Of a stretch of 64,000 nt of DNA, positions 26,290 to 40,630 are shown one piece after another. The notes beneath the pieces were generated by a model. It searched no databases. It was not told the origin of the DNA and worked only from the letters and a program-made list of their open reading frames with translations. The DNA comes from Mobula hypostoma. Lineage: Eukaryota. A program made the translations under genes and the position numbers. Positions within the stretch are counted from its first letter, which is position 1. Each line of letters begins with the position of its first letter. The stretch is taken from contig NC_086119.1 in NCBI RefSeq assembly GCF_963921235.1, positions 25,172,001 through 25,236,000 of the forward strand. Direction: 5' to 3'.

Positions 26290-26295
26290 TTTATT
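26290..26295 (-). terminator. RPL23A polyadenylation signal AATAAA
   Basis: AATAAA about 33 nt after the stop codon, consistent with the short 3' UTRs of ribosomal protein genes. Confidence 0.85.
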
Positions 26296-26327
26296 GCAAT
26301 ATTTATAGAGGTCTTCTTGTAAACAGA

Positions 26328-26342
26328 TCAGATGATGCCAAT
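26328..26342 (-). CDS. RPL23A: RPL23A exon 5 coding part (IGII*)
   Basis: tgttgcAG|ATT GGC ATC ATC TGA; total CDS 468 nt = 155 aa plus stop. Confidence 0.96.
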   Translation of the reverse strand: MGII

Positions 26343-26828
26343 CTGCAACAAAATAAAAGGATGCAAGTGAATGAAAAAAACATAACATCAAGTTTACACA
26401 ATACCAATGCATAAAAACCATCATTAGAAAAACAAAATGACTTTATTCTGGTTCTTAGTACTTAAATAGCAAATACAAAGCATATCCTCAAACCCACCAT
26501 TTTAAGCTAGCAAGTCTTAAGAGACATCTAAAACCAGTGTACTAGTGCACAAGGAAAAATTATTTCAAAGAGAAAAAAAAGTCCCCTTTTTTTTAAGATC
26601 ATGTTATTACGGGCAGCCATACGTATTTGGGTATTGAACAGGTCAAAGTGATCCTGTTCCTATGACAGCCAGCGGTTGCTGTTAAACCCAAAACTAATGT
26701 CTTTCATCTCCTTTTATTCATGGTGTCATATTTTACCTATTGAGGCAAGCACTGGATATAGGAAATAACTTCAGGAAGATATGATCATGCCAGCACATAC
26801 AAGGCTTGCACAAATAGCAAATGGATAT

Positions 26829-29100
<2,272 letters not shown>

Positions 29101-29344
29101 ATGACCAAAATCCATAATCAACACCTTAACAAAAGTACAAAGTTGTTGACTAAATTTATACCTTCACACTACTCTTCTAGTAGACCAATCTCTATTTTTA
29201 TCACTTTATATGTCCACAAAAGCCACCGCCGATGTCTTTAAAAACACAAGTCCAATTTACTTTTAGAAGGCATATTCCTCTTTTACCCATAGAGCCTGCA
29301 AAAGCTCATCTGATAATTAAACCTCTATCCCCTTGTCCTCATAT

Positions 29345-29890
29345 TATAGCCTGGGGTGCTCAGGAGTTCAGAGTTCAACTTCAGCACCTTCTGTAAGGAG
29401 TCTGCACATCCTCCCCATGAATGTGTGGGTTTTTCCCCGGGTGCTTCAGCTTCCTCCCACAGTCCAAAGACGTATGAGTAGGTTAGTCACAGTAAATTAT
29501 CTCATGATTAGGTTTCGATTAATTAGGGGTTACCTGGGTGGTATTGCTTTAAGGGCCAATAGGACCTAGTCCATGCTGTAATGCTAAATAAAAATAAATG
29601 TTGGCAGTAATACTTCAGCTAATTGAGCTACCCCACAGCTTCAGCAACCCAAGTTTAATCATAATCTGGGTACAATTTTTCTGTGACTGAGTAGGTTTCC
29701 TGGCAGTGCCAGACTCCTCCCACATCCCAAAGCATAATGAAAGGCTAATTTGCGACTGTAAATCATTCATCATATACAGGCAAAAGTTAAAATCAAGGCA
29801 ACTGAGGAAAAAATGGGATTAGTGTACACAGGTGACTTACAGTTGGCATGTACTCAATGGGCCAAAGTACCCATTTCTGTACTGTATTCA
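29345..29890 (+). mobile_element. Two V-SINE-like copies in RPL23A intron 3
   Basis: gtgggttttt..ccgggtgct.cagcttcctcccacagtccaaagacgt V-domain-like core; the second copy is more decayed. Confidence 0.65.
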
Positions 29891-30640
29891 GTTCATAATC
29901 CAAGTACATATAGAGCTTCTTATAATTTAGCAAAGTTTGTCTTAAGCTTTAACATTAATCTAAATCAAAGCAATACTGATAGCAAATGGTAGAGAGCTGG
30001 ATGACCAAAATTAAACAAAACATTGAGGACCATTCACCTTCCATATGAGGTAATTTGTCATGGATAAATATCCCACACCCCATGCTTCAATTTAGAGTAC
30101 TACCACACAATTGTTTATAAGAATTTTCATTTGTAAAAGAAAAGTTAAATTGTATTCCTTCTCAAATAGGCACATTTTTAAAGAACAATGTGCAAGTTTT
30201 GTCACATCCTGGACAATTTTTATTCCTCAAACAAAATCAATAAAAGTCAAAGGATCATTAAAATGCCACAGATCAGACTCTATTCAATTCTGGTAACTTC
30301 AATTCTCTCAGAAAACACAAGCCAAACATTTTCTCACAGCCAAATGTTTTAAGACATTTCCAATAAGGATATCCAGATACAACAAAACTTGAGGAATAAA
30401 GTGCTGCACACATTGCCAAACCAGCAACAAATTTAAGATTTAACAACTTGAAACATTTCCAACAATATGACATTAATATTTAAATGGTAAACTTCAAAAA
30501 AAGTTCATTAAGTTATTAGGAAGCATCCCAATTTAGTTGAATGTAGAAACCCAAAGAGAATCTAAATATACAATTTCCCATCCCTTTTTATATTTTTGCT
30601 AGTACAGCTTTGCTAATGAATTGCAGCATTCAACCGCTCA

Positions 30641-30991
<351 letters not shown>

Positions 30992-31446
30992 AAATACCTT
31001 ACCAGAATCTCAATAGTTTATTGAAGATGGGTTAATACAGAAGCACTTTTCTTTCCCCCATCATCTCTTTACATGACATCATACGGCACAGGTGCATTTT
31101 AATATGATATCCAAGCCAGATAAAAGCACCTCATTTTAAACTGGACCAACATCTCAGCTTTTTCCAAAGGCATGCAAGGCGAAAAGTTTAACGCAGTTCT
31201 ATACAAGTTATCAAATCTTTATCATCAGTCTGTATCTGAAGAGCAAGAACTTTAAGAACTATCTACCAAGCTCTCAATAAAGTTCCACCAACATGTTTCA
31301 TAAGATACTATTTTACACATGGCTGAGTAAATATGAAGCCAGCCAGCTTTTCCAAAAACCTAGTTACACAGGAGTCTGCAGATGTAGGAAAAGGGAGCAA
31401 ACAGTTGCTGGAGGAATTCAGCAAGTCAAACCTAGATATATACCTG

Positions 31447-32243
31447 GACGTGGAGGCTGAGTTAAGATGGCGCTAAACGGTGACATCTTTGGAAACAGCT
31501 CTATTTCCATCTTCTTTATTTTTCCCTTTCAGGGTTCTTTCGAAGACGCTGACCTCAAGTTATATCCAGACTTCAGTTCTTTGTGGGAATGGGACCTGTT
31601 CTCAGGGTTTCAGAACTGGTCGTTACTGGACAAGCCAAGCATTCGACCTGAGTGCCGCTGGTATTTTGAAGCATAAGATCTCGGCGCTCTCGAGACATGC
31701 CAATCCAGGGTCGGTGTCACAGCAGGACACTTGTGTGTCATGGAGGGTGGGGGTAATCTTTCACTGTGGGCCCGAAGACCCGAGATCTTTGCGATCTTCA
31801 GCACAGAGTTCATAAAAAGCCACAAAACAGACTCTTAACATCGTAAATCAGCGTGTTGTTGTCTCCCCACTCGCTGTGAAAACGAGGGACACCTCCCTCT
31901 CCCTTATTAGGGAGAGAGAGAACCTGTGGTTTGTCAAATGCCGGATGAAATGCGAAGTCTTTGGGGTAACTGCAAGTCTGTGTCTTTGCTATTGCCTAGC
32001 TCATGCTTGTACTAGGTGGTGGTACTGATGCTTGCTTTTTTTTTGGCTGCGGGGGGGGGGGAGGTAGGAGAGAGGAAGGGATTGTTGCCTGCTGCTGCTT
32101 ATGCACTGGGGGGGGGGAGAGGGGGGAACGACTTTGGGGTTTAACTGTCGTTCATTCTTCTGTTTCCGTGGATGTTTGCAAAGAAAAAACATTTCAGGAT
32201 GTATAATGTATACATTTCTCTGACATTAAATTGGACCTTTGAA
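31447..32243 (+). mobile_element. Non-autonomous retroelement with AAGATGGCG head and Rex1-like tail
   Basis: CpG-rich 5' part, no LINE ORF, 3' tail ctgacattaaattggacctttgaa; inserted among Penelope-type terminal repeat remnants (31370-31435, 32245-32450). Confidence 0.6.
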
Positions 32244-33029
32244 TCAGGTTGGGGTGGAAGGGAATAGAGAGGAAATTGTCAGTGATTCTGGTCCAGGTCT
32301 GTTGCAGCATTTTTTCCCTTTCCCAGGCACCACAGAGGTACTCAATCTGCTGAGCACCTCGAATAGTTCACTGTTTTACTCTTATTTGCCTGAAATTTAT
32401 CCAGTTCTGATGATGTCATGACCTGAAATATTGGACTGCTGTTTCCAACGTTTCTAATTTATCAACTTTTGCATTAAGAACATCATTACAGCAGCTATTT
32501 TAGCTACTATACAGATGCAGAATCTTCTATTCATAATTTACAAAGTTCAAGGTAAATTTATTATCAAAATACTATGTCAGGGTCACATGAAGCGATGGCA
32601 GCATGTGGTGGATGGTCATATGAGCAGCTGGTGCACATCACAAGTCCTGGTTATGTGACCACTGATACCAGGCAGTCTCTGAAAAGTACTGATAATGGCT
32701 GGGGTCACCCATCTTGCAAAGACACGGCCTAGAAGGTGGCAAAGGCAAACCACTTCAGCAAAAAATTTGCCCAAAACAATCATGGTCATGGAAAGACCAT
32801 GATCACCCACATCATACAACATAGCACATAATGAATGAACACGTCATCATATGTAATGTTGACATGTAATTGTTAAATAGTTATATGTTATATACAAGAT
32901 TCATTTTCACCACCTACCAGCTACAGCACATTACTATCCCGTGTTCAAATAGGGCTTTCACTCTGGCTTGCAGAGGGAATATAGAAAAGATGAAACTTTT
33001 TAAAGATTAGGGACAGTTCAAAGACATAC

Positions 33030-33210
33030 TTGTTCCTCCTGGGAGCACTCTTTCTGGGATACTTCGGCTGCCTTCTCAATCTGAGTGTCTTTGGTCTCCT
33101 GAAGGTAGGTGTTGTCCTAATTTTCTTCCGCCTGTGACTGTGAACACCTTTCAAAACAGCCTTCTTAGCCTTCAAGGCTTTAGATTTAGCTTCAGTCTTG
33201 GCAGGGACAG
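33030..33210 (-). CDS. RPL23A: RPL23A exon 2 ([26 protein letters not shown]...PRRNK)
   Basis: 181 nt, recognisable uL23 N-terminal basic region; AG/GTATGT bounded. Confidence 0.98.
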
Positions 33211-33370
33211 CTGAGAGAAAACAATCAATTACATTTTCTGCATTTTGTACAAGATACTTCAGTAAAAACCATATTCCTTGCATTCTGATTAAATTAATGC
33301 ACCAGCAATTGATAAGTTTAGTCTAGTTATCTGGAAACATTCTACTACATTGTCCATGCTTGTAGGTCAA

Positions 33371-33441
33371 GGTGCATCAGTATAATATAGTCATAATCAT
33401 ATACTATCATGCTTTGATCGCTTAAAAACATCATTTGCACC
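33371..33441 (-). ncRNA. SNORD4: Box C/D snoRNA SNORD4 (Z17) family, RPL23A intron 1
   Basis: GGTGCA...TGCACC terminal stem; C box ATGATGT; guide AGCGATCAAAG before D' ATGA; D box CTGA. The +5 rule points to 18S U121 (human numbering). RPL23A is the known host gene. Confidence 0.92.
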
Positions 33442-34431
33442 AAAACTTCCAAGATTCTAAACTTGTACACCATTCGTGAATTTCCTTTCATGTCAGAATC
33501 ATGCTTACTGTAATGACCATTTGAATGCATTGCCTAAAATTACCAACATTACTTACACTAACAAATTCAAAGTGAACCTGGATTACTAACAAACTGCAAA
33601 AGGAAATTCACCATCTTTCACTAAATTCCAATAAACAAGTTGATCATTCGCAGCAAGCCTTTAATTTATTTAAACTGGAAATAAAACCAGGATTTCTAAC
33701 AATGATCAAACCCTAAGAAATTTTTTTAAGTTTTTGAAAATTCCAGGATTAACCGTTACAAATATTAATGTGCAAGCATTTCTCCATTAATTTCGAAAGT
33801 AGATGGTAGAAGTTCCACGTGACAGATCTGAGAAAATCGTCATTTAGATCTTTTTCTGTTACTTTTCAATGAAACCTCTCCAGACTACATTAAAATTTCA
33901 AAGAAACTACCATTCATACTGCAGAACTATACAAGACATATAAAAGGAATAATGTTAATCCTGTTACAAAGGAGGCTCCAAAACCCAGGTATTTTACTAG
34001 GCGCAAAATCAGGACGAACTTGTCCATCCAAATGAAATGGTCCCTCTGGGGTAAAGGCGTCGGTGTGGACGCCGAGGATGTTTCCGGGCCTGATCACGAT
34101 ATCCAGCTACAATTCGCAATGACCCTTCCACAACACACACAAAGCAACGGCGAGCTAGCTGCTGGTCTAGATTCCCGCCCCAGAGCCCGACTCCCTACAG
34201 AGGGTTCCTCCACCTTCAACACCCCATGCTGCAGAGCTTGAAGGCGCCTAGTCTACAGCCCAGGCTTCAGGCCCCTGTACCACGTTGCTAAGCGGCTACT
34301 AGCGTGCCGCGGGGCAAATTATCAGCGGCAGGCTAAACCAAAAGCCCTCCCCGACCAGCGTGACTCTACAGGACGACAGAAGTGGGCGCCGCTGCTGAGC
34401 ACTAGGCTGGACACGGTCGCACGGTGCTCAC

Positions 34432-34456
34432 CTTCCTTCTTCACCTTCGGAGCCAT
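34432..34456 (-). CDS. RPL23A: RPL23A (uL23) exon 1 coding part (MAPKVKKE)
   Basis: ATG at 34456 directly after a pyrimidine tract; GTGAGC donor at 34431. Confidence 0.97.
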
Positions 34457-34570
34457 CTTAGAAAAAGAGAGCGGACACGGGGTTACACGGGCTGAAATCC
34501 ACGGCTTCACGAAGTCTCGCGAGAGTCCTGCAGCAAAGAGCGCAAGGCCGAGTGGAAGTTGTAGTCCTCA
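34457..34570 (-). promoter_or_regulatory. RPL23A promoter with 5'TOP/TCT initiator
   Basis: CTCTCTTTTTCT (34471-34460) just before the ATG; YY1-like AAGATGGC over the start codon; palindrome TCTCGCGAGA (34515-34524, BANP/Kaiso-type motif); GGACTACAACTTCC (34567-34554, ZNF143/THAP11-like); CpG-rich context. Confidence 0.85.
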
Positions 34571-35350
34571 CAATTCAAGATCCGTAGTTACTGATGGCCA
34601 TTAACCCCACCTCAGGGCGTTCAGAAGCCCATTACACAAAATGAAGCGTTGCTTTATTGAAGGGTTGTGCAGGAAACCAGGAAGCAAAGTATCATACTCA
34701 TGGACATTACCATCTAGAAGGGCAAAGTGCTGTATGCACATGGGAGCTTCTTAACTACCTGCAGGTTCTCTTCCAGACGCCACACCGCCACACCGCCACA
34801 CCATCCTGAGTGGCAAATATAATACTAGTTCTAAATCCTGGAGCTCCCTTCTATGCAGCATCTGTGAGTACAGTTAAAAACCCGCAGTAGTTCAAGGTGA
34901 GGTAGCTCATCACAAGAGCATTTTGGAATGAACAGTAATGAAGGCCTTGCAAGTAATACCGAGGTAGGTCCAAAAACACCAAGAAATATAAAAAATTTGA
35001 TTCTCACACCCATTCGCTTTGCTATTCCTTATTATGGTTTCAGTCTGTTTAGAAAACTTATGCAAAGTACATATGAAATAGGAGCCTGGAGTAGTCATTC
35101 AGCCTTTCAAATTCGTTCTGTTTTAAGATTGTGGCTCATGTAACAGAACTGTACAGCATAGAGACCCAATGTGGTGCCAAACTAATAACAACTAATCCCT
35201 TCTTCCTTTTTACATTAAGGGGTAAGAGAGCCCAAACCTTGCTACAAAACAACAAATTTTATGTCTCAGTGATAATCCGATTCAGATTCTGTCAGGGAGT
35301 TAAATTGCCTTAACTATTAAATATCGAAAGCCCATACCAGAGTTGAATGT

Positions 35351-35363
35351 CCAGCAGGTGGCA
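35351..35363 (+). promoter_or_regulatory. CTCF core motif CCAGCAGGTGGCA (upstream of RPL23A)
   Basis: Identical 13-mer in the opposite orientation, also in AT-rich unique DNA. Confidence 0.6.
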
Positions 35364-35679
35364 ATAACGCCATAAAATGTAATTATAAATAATGTAAAAG
35401 GAAAATTCTTAGCAAAAAGATTAGAGTTAGGAATGAATAATAATGTAGATTAAAGTTGCAGTGGCACTTTATAGTCACTACATTATATTACTTTTGATAA
35501 ATGAAAAATGAAGAAGTTTTTAAAAACTACAAGGGAAATTGATATACACAAGTGATTTTGCAGATACTGGAAATCCACAGCAATACACAAAATGCTGGAG
35601 GAACTCAGCAGGTCAGGCAAAATTTATGGAGGGGAATAAATAAATGATATATATGTAAATTATATAACTTGATTATAAT

Positions 35680-36735
35680 AGCCTCCGCTATAGTCTCACA
35701 CAGTGTTGATGTGTTGAGAAGCCTCTTCTCAAGGACTGGTGTTCCAGAACCATTAGTCAGTGTCAATGGACCACAGTTAAGTGCAGGAGAGTTTCAGTCA
35801 TTTCGAAAATGAATGGAATAAGACATATTACATCTGCACCATATCACCCAGCTACAAATGGCTAGGTGGAAGTGTTTATCCAGAGTCTAAAGAACACACT
35901 GCGAGCAATGTCAGCAGAACACACAGCACCAACACTGAATCAGAAGCTTGCTAATTTCCTCCTTGCCTATCACAGTACAGCATACTTCACAACCAGCAAC
36001 TCACCAGCTATGCTGTTCCTGGGTTATCCCTTGTATTCACGCTTGGATTTCCTCACACCCAGTCTCAGAAGGAGAATGCAGGACAAACAGTTGAGACAAA
36101 TTGAAGGCTCCTCAAACAAGGAGGTTTGATGTTCATTCCTGGACAAGCAGTCCTGGTGAGGGATGACAGAGGTGATCAAAAGTGGGTACTTGGAAAGATT
36201 AAGGACAGAACCAGACCACTATCCAACACAGTGAAGATTGTGTCTGATGTCATCTGGAGGCAACATATCAATCAGTTGAGGAGAGTAGACTCAATTGTCA
36301 GAGAAGAAAGGTATTGCGAGCTGTCCAAGCCATTTCCCACAGTCCCAGAGTCAACTCCTACAACCACCAAGGAGAAAGCCCCAGAACCCGAGATTGCTCA
36401 CTTGCATGTGTTTATATATGACTAGAGAGAAATACATTATCTGTTTGGGTTGAGTTGCATTCTACTGTATATTGAGTTATAGTTCATAGCTAAGCAGGGA
36501 GGAGTGTTGTGTATTTTAATATTTTAGTAATATTTGAATAGTATTATACATTGATTAAGCATTCTTGTTAACATAATTCATTATGTGTTATATGTAAAAC
36601 TGCATGAATCGTATACATCAACATGCTGCCACATCATATGTGTGTCTCATTAAAGTAAAACTACGAATCGTACTCGTTCTTCTAGGCTCCCATCTTTTTC
36701 CTTCACTTAGTTTTATGCTTTGGTGTGACAAAACA
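35680..36735 (+). mobile_element. Gypsy-type LTR retrotransposon 3' remnant (integrase, PPT, 3' LTR)
   Basis: TGVPEPLVSVNGPQ, SAPYHPATNG, LANFLLAYHST, IWRQHINQLR; purine tract aagcagggaggag (36492-36504); LTR TGTTGTGT...ACAAAACA (36505-36735). Confidence 0.88.
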
Positions 36736-37029
36736 TATAGGCAGGAATATGACCTCGATTGATTTTACAACTGATGCTGTAAAGTGCTGCTTTAACCGCT
36801 ACACTACCAGGACTGGCTATTTCATTATCAAGTCACTATATTTCTAAACAATCTCTTTGGTTTTAAAATAGTTCCTAGCGTTCTGAAATCATGAAAGACC
36901 TAATGTAAAACCAAGTCTCTTCTCGTTACAGTTAATTTAACACTACAAGTCACCCGATTCAAATAGCACCCTCATTTAAGATGCAAATTGGGGTTGTATC
37001 AACTCAGTATTTTATTGTATCCACAATAT

Positions 37030-37395
37030 TGGGGCGGTACAGTAGCGTAGTGGGTAAGACAATGCTTCACAGTATCCACGACCCTGGTTCAATTTCCGCC
37101 ACTGCCCATGAGTTTGTACGTTCTCCCTATGGATTTCCTCCGGGTGCCCCAGTTTCCTCCCACAGTCCAAACAGTAGACTTCTTTGACAATTGAGTCTAC
37201 TCTCCTCAGCTGATTAATATGTTGTCTCCAGATGACGTCAGACGCAATCTCCACTGTGTGGGAAAGTGATCCAGTTCTGTCCTTAATCCTTGATCAGTTA
37301 ATTGGTCATTGTAAATTGTCTCACGATTAGGCTAGGATTAAGCTGGGCCAGCACGGCTCAAAGGGCCAGAAAGGCCTACTCTGAACTGTATGTTG
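37030..37395 (+). mobile_element. V-SINE-like element interrupted by an inverted Gypsy fragment
   Basis: tRNA-like head (tagcgtagtgg..ggttcaattt) and V-like core; insert 37179-37290 is the reverse complement of a sequence resembling 36196-36307. Confidence 0.75.
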
Positions 37396-37529
37396 ATAAA
37401 AATACAAAGTTTTGCTAAATGGAACTGAGTGGAACAGATGCAGAGGTGAAGTTAAAATATAAAACTTAACACTGGGGCTGGCTGTTCCATATTCCATCAA
37501 GAGTGTTTGGTCTGCTTGCACCTGATATC

Positions 37530-39360
37530 TCTACTGTGTTAACCTCATTCTTCTAAATTCCAGTGAGTACATGCAGGCCCAAAGCCATCAAACGAACTTC
37601 ATCTGCTAAACCTTTCATTCCTGGGATCATTCTCATAACCCTCCTCCAGATCTTCTCTAATGCCAGCATATTTTTTCTTTGATAAGGGGCCCAAAACTCA
37701 CACAAGAGTCCATATGTGGTCTGACTAATGCCTTAGCAAGCCTCAGTACTATATCCTTGTTTTTCAGTTCCAGCCTTGTTGAGATGAAAGTTTACATTTG
37801 CCTTCCTTCCTACTGACTGCAAGTTAACCTTTTGGGAATCCAGTACTAGGACTCCAACTCTTACTAGCTCTTCTTTCAGTTAGTCCTGATGGAGGGTCTC
37901 GGCCCGAAACGGCGACCGTACCTCTTCCTAGAGATGCTGCCTGGCCTGCTGCGTTCACCAGCAACTTTGATGTGTGTTGCTTGAATTTCCAGCATCTGCA
38001 GGTTTCCTTGTATCTAGGACTCCAAAGACACTTTGCATCTCCAATTTTTAAAAATTCACTCCTTATTTATGAAATAGTTTATTCTTTCATTCCTTCGACC
38101 AAACCACATGACCATACACTCCCCTATACTGTATTCCATTAGCCACATCTTTACTCATTCTCCTAAGCCCTTATGCAGACTCCCAAATTCCTCAACACCA
38201 CCTGCCCCTCCACTTATCTTTCTTTAAAGCTGATGCATCATCCCAAATATTATGGTTGGTCTACCTTGATGCCATTTTTCCTGCCTTAAGTTTACTTCCT
38301 TTAATTTGTGTAAAATCTGGAAATCCATCAACCATATTTCAAATGGAAGAAATAACTGCACCTCCACGGCCCTCCAGGATAAAGAATTCAAAAGTTTCAC
38401 CATCCCGTGGATAAAGAGCTGTCTCCTTGTCTCATTCCCAATTAGCCTGTTTCTGGTTCTTCATCAGCACCCCTGTCCTAGGCTCCGCAGCCTGTGGAAG
38501 TATTTTCCCCGCACCGAACACGTCAAGCCCTTTATGCAGTCAGGGTTCTCCTTTGAATCTGCTTGGCCCTAGCATGTCACTCTTAGTTCTAGAGAGACAT
38601 CCACTCTGTTGGTCATCTATTACCTCTCATTCTATTAAACTTTAGAAACTACAGATGTGGTCTACACTTAACTACTTAAATGATCGACCTGCATCCCTGG
38701 AATCAGTCTGGTGAATGTCTTGTACACTCTCTGTATAGAAAGAATATCCTTCCTTAAGAAGAGACCAAACTTTTATAAAATTCTCCAGATGTTGTCTCAC
38801 TGAGATTCAACTCATCCAGTCTGCTCCACCATTCAATCAAGACTGTTTTTTTTTCAATTTCATTCTTCTACTTTCTCCCTGTAAACCTGATAACCTATGA
38901 ATCTACTTTAAATGCACACTTTGTTGCAACAAATCCCACAGATTCACCACTGTCGTAAGAAATTCCTCCTCATCTCAGTTTTAAAGGGATGCTCATTTAT
39001 TCCGAGGCTAAGCCCTTGGATGCTGCACTCTACAACCAATGGAAACATCCTGTCCACATCCGCTCGATCCAGGCCATTCAGTGCCTGGTAGGTTTTGATG
39101 AGATTCCCCCTCATTCTTCTGAATACTATTTATTTGTAGTAAAACATCTCCGCTCTTGGAGATACAGGAGTCTGGAGCAGCAAACAATCTGCTTGAGTTT
39201 AGCAGACTGAACAGCATCTGTAGGAGCGAAGGAATTGTCAACATTTTGGGTCAAAACTGTGGTCCACTTCCTCATTCTCTTGAGGCCCCCTCACATCTTC
39301 CTCACTACCACATATTCATCATCAATTTCAACCCTTCAGCCACATTGTTGATATAAATTG
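37530..39360 (-). mobile_element. Cluster of decayed CR1 fragments
   Basis: Reverse complements of the CR1 RT C-terminal region and 3' UTR. Confidence 0.7.
37858..38013 (+). mobile_element. 156-bp Penelope-like 3' end inserted into CR1
   Basis: Perfect 12-bp TSD CTAGGACTCCAA (37846-37857/38014-38025); nearly identical to 4123-4231. Confidence 0.88.
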
Positions 39361-40149
39361 TAAATTGTTGGGGCTCAACCACAGATTGCTGTACTGCTTG
39401 CAAAGAACCTACATATTTTCCCTAAGCAACACACACAAAATGTTGGAGGAACTCAGCAGATCATGTAGAATCTATGGAAATTAATAGACAGTCAACGTTT
39501 CTGACCGAGACCCATCTTCAGAGTAGGATTTAATCCCCCTGTTTGTTTTTCAGCTGGTTAACAAACTGGCGATTCAAATTAGTATCATAACACACATTCC
39601 AAGGTGATGCTTTAACTCAATTTACCCCTGGATGCAGGATTTAATCTGAACATCCAAGTCTATCACATTTACTGGCTCCTCTTCACCTGGGTTTCCGGCT
39701 ATATCATCAAGAACTAAATTAGAATCAGGTTTATTCTCACAGGCATACGTCGTGAATTTTGATGTTTTGTCACAGCAGTACACAACATAACAAACTATGA
39801 TAAGTTACAATAAATCGTGCAAAAGAGCACTAGTGAGGTAGTTTTTGAGATCATAGACAGGTTAGAAAGGGAAGAAAAAAACTAATTTTCCTTTTCTAAA
39901 CCCCATATTACATAAAGCCAAGCTCTTAGACATCGATCCTTAAATCCCCTTTTGTGGCGGGGCGTTACATTTTGTTTTTGATTACGCTTACGAGCAATTT
40001 GATAAATTAAAGGCGCTGTGCAAATACAAATTGTTGTTACAGCCGAATACCAGGGAAATCGTTCTCACATTCTTAAAATATCTTAGAATGAACAATACTC
40101 TTAAGAGTATTAAAATAGAGTAGTAAACTCCTCCCTATACCTGCGCATC

Positions 40150-40630
40150 AAACTACGATCTCTCTTTTCCTGTGGTTGAAATATTCAGCAGCAGCTGAGA
40201 TTCCTGGGATGAATCAGCAGGGTGCCCTGGAACGGGGAATGGAAAACAGCTGCCGGCTGTAGCTGGGCGCCTTGTGGGGACTGGGGAATTTTCTCCACAA
40301 GAAAATCCGGCCACGTTGGGATGCTCTCTGCTCCTCCTGGGCGGCGAAAGTAAGGCGGAGATCGCTGATTGTAATTCTATCTTGCGCCAGATCGCCGATC
40401 CGCTCGGAAACTTAACGAAACGCCTCGGGGATCGTGTAGCCCTTCCACAGAAGTTAACAAGGTGAACAAAAAACTTTAATCCGAATTTTCCGTCAGCGCT
40501 GCGATCGGGTAATGCTATACCTCCCACTACTTAAGGAGGCAACGCGAACTAATCTGAACTACTTCAGAACAACAATCGCACTTTAACTGTGATTTTATTT
40601 TCGTACGCAACCAACCTTTCAGGTAGAGTG
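40150..40630 (+). promoter_or_regulatory. CpG-rich region, probable RAB34 promoter and non-coding first exon
   Basis: High CpG density against a CpG-poor background; candidate donor CAG|GTAGAG at 40623; lies upstream of the ATG exon, which begins with an acceptor. Confidence 0.6.

Noticed and set aside
34018-34140. H/ACA snoRNA candidate in RPL23A intron 1 (GGCGTC/GACGCC hairpin, terminal ACA)
   Set aside because: No proper ANANNA hinge or two-hairpin layout, and the GC-rich context makes hairpins likely by chance.
40153-40527. 124-aa minus-strand ORF and overlapping plus-strand ORF
   Set aside because: Typical CpG-island ORFs with no recognisable homology; no NARR-like repeats seen.
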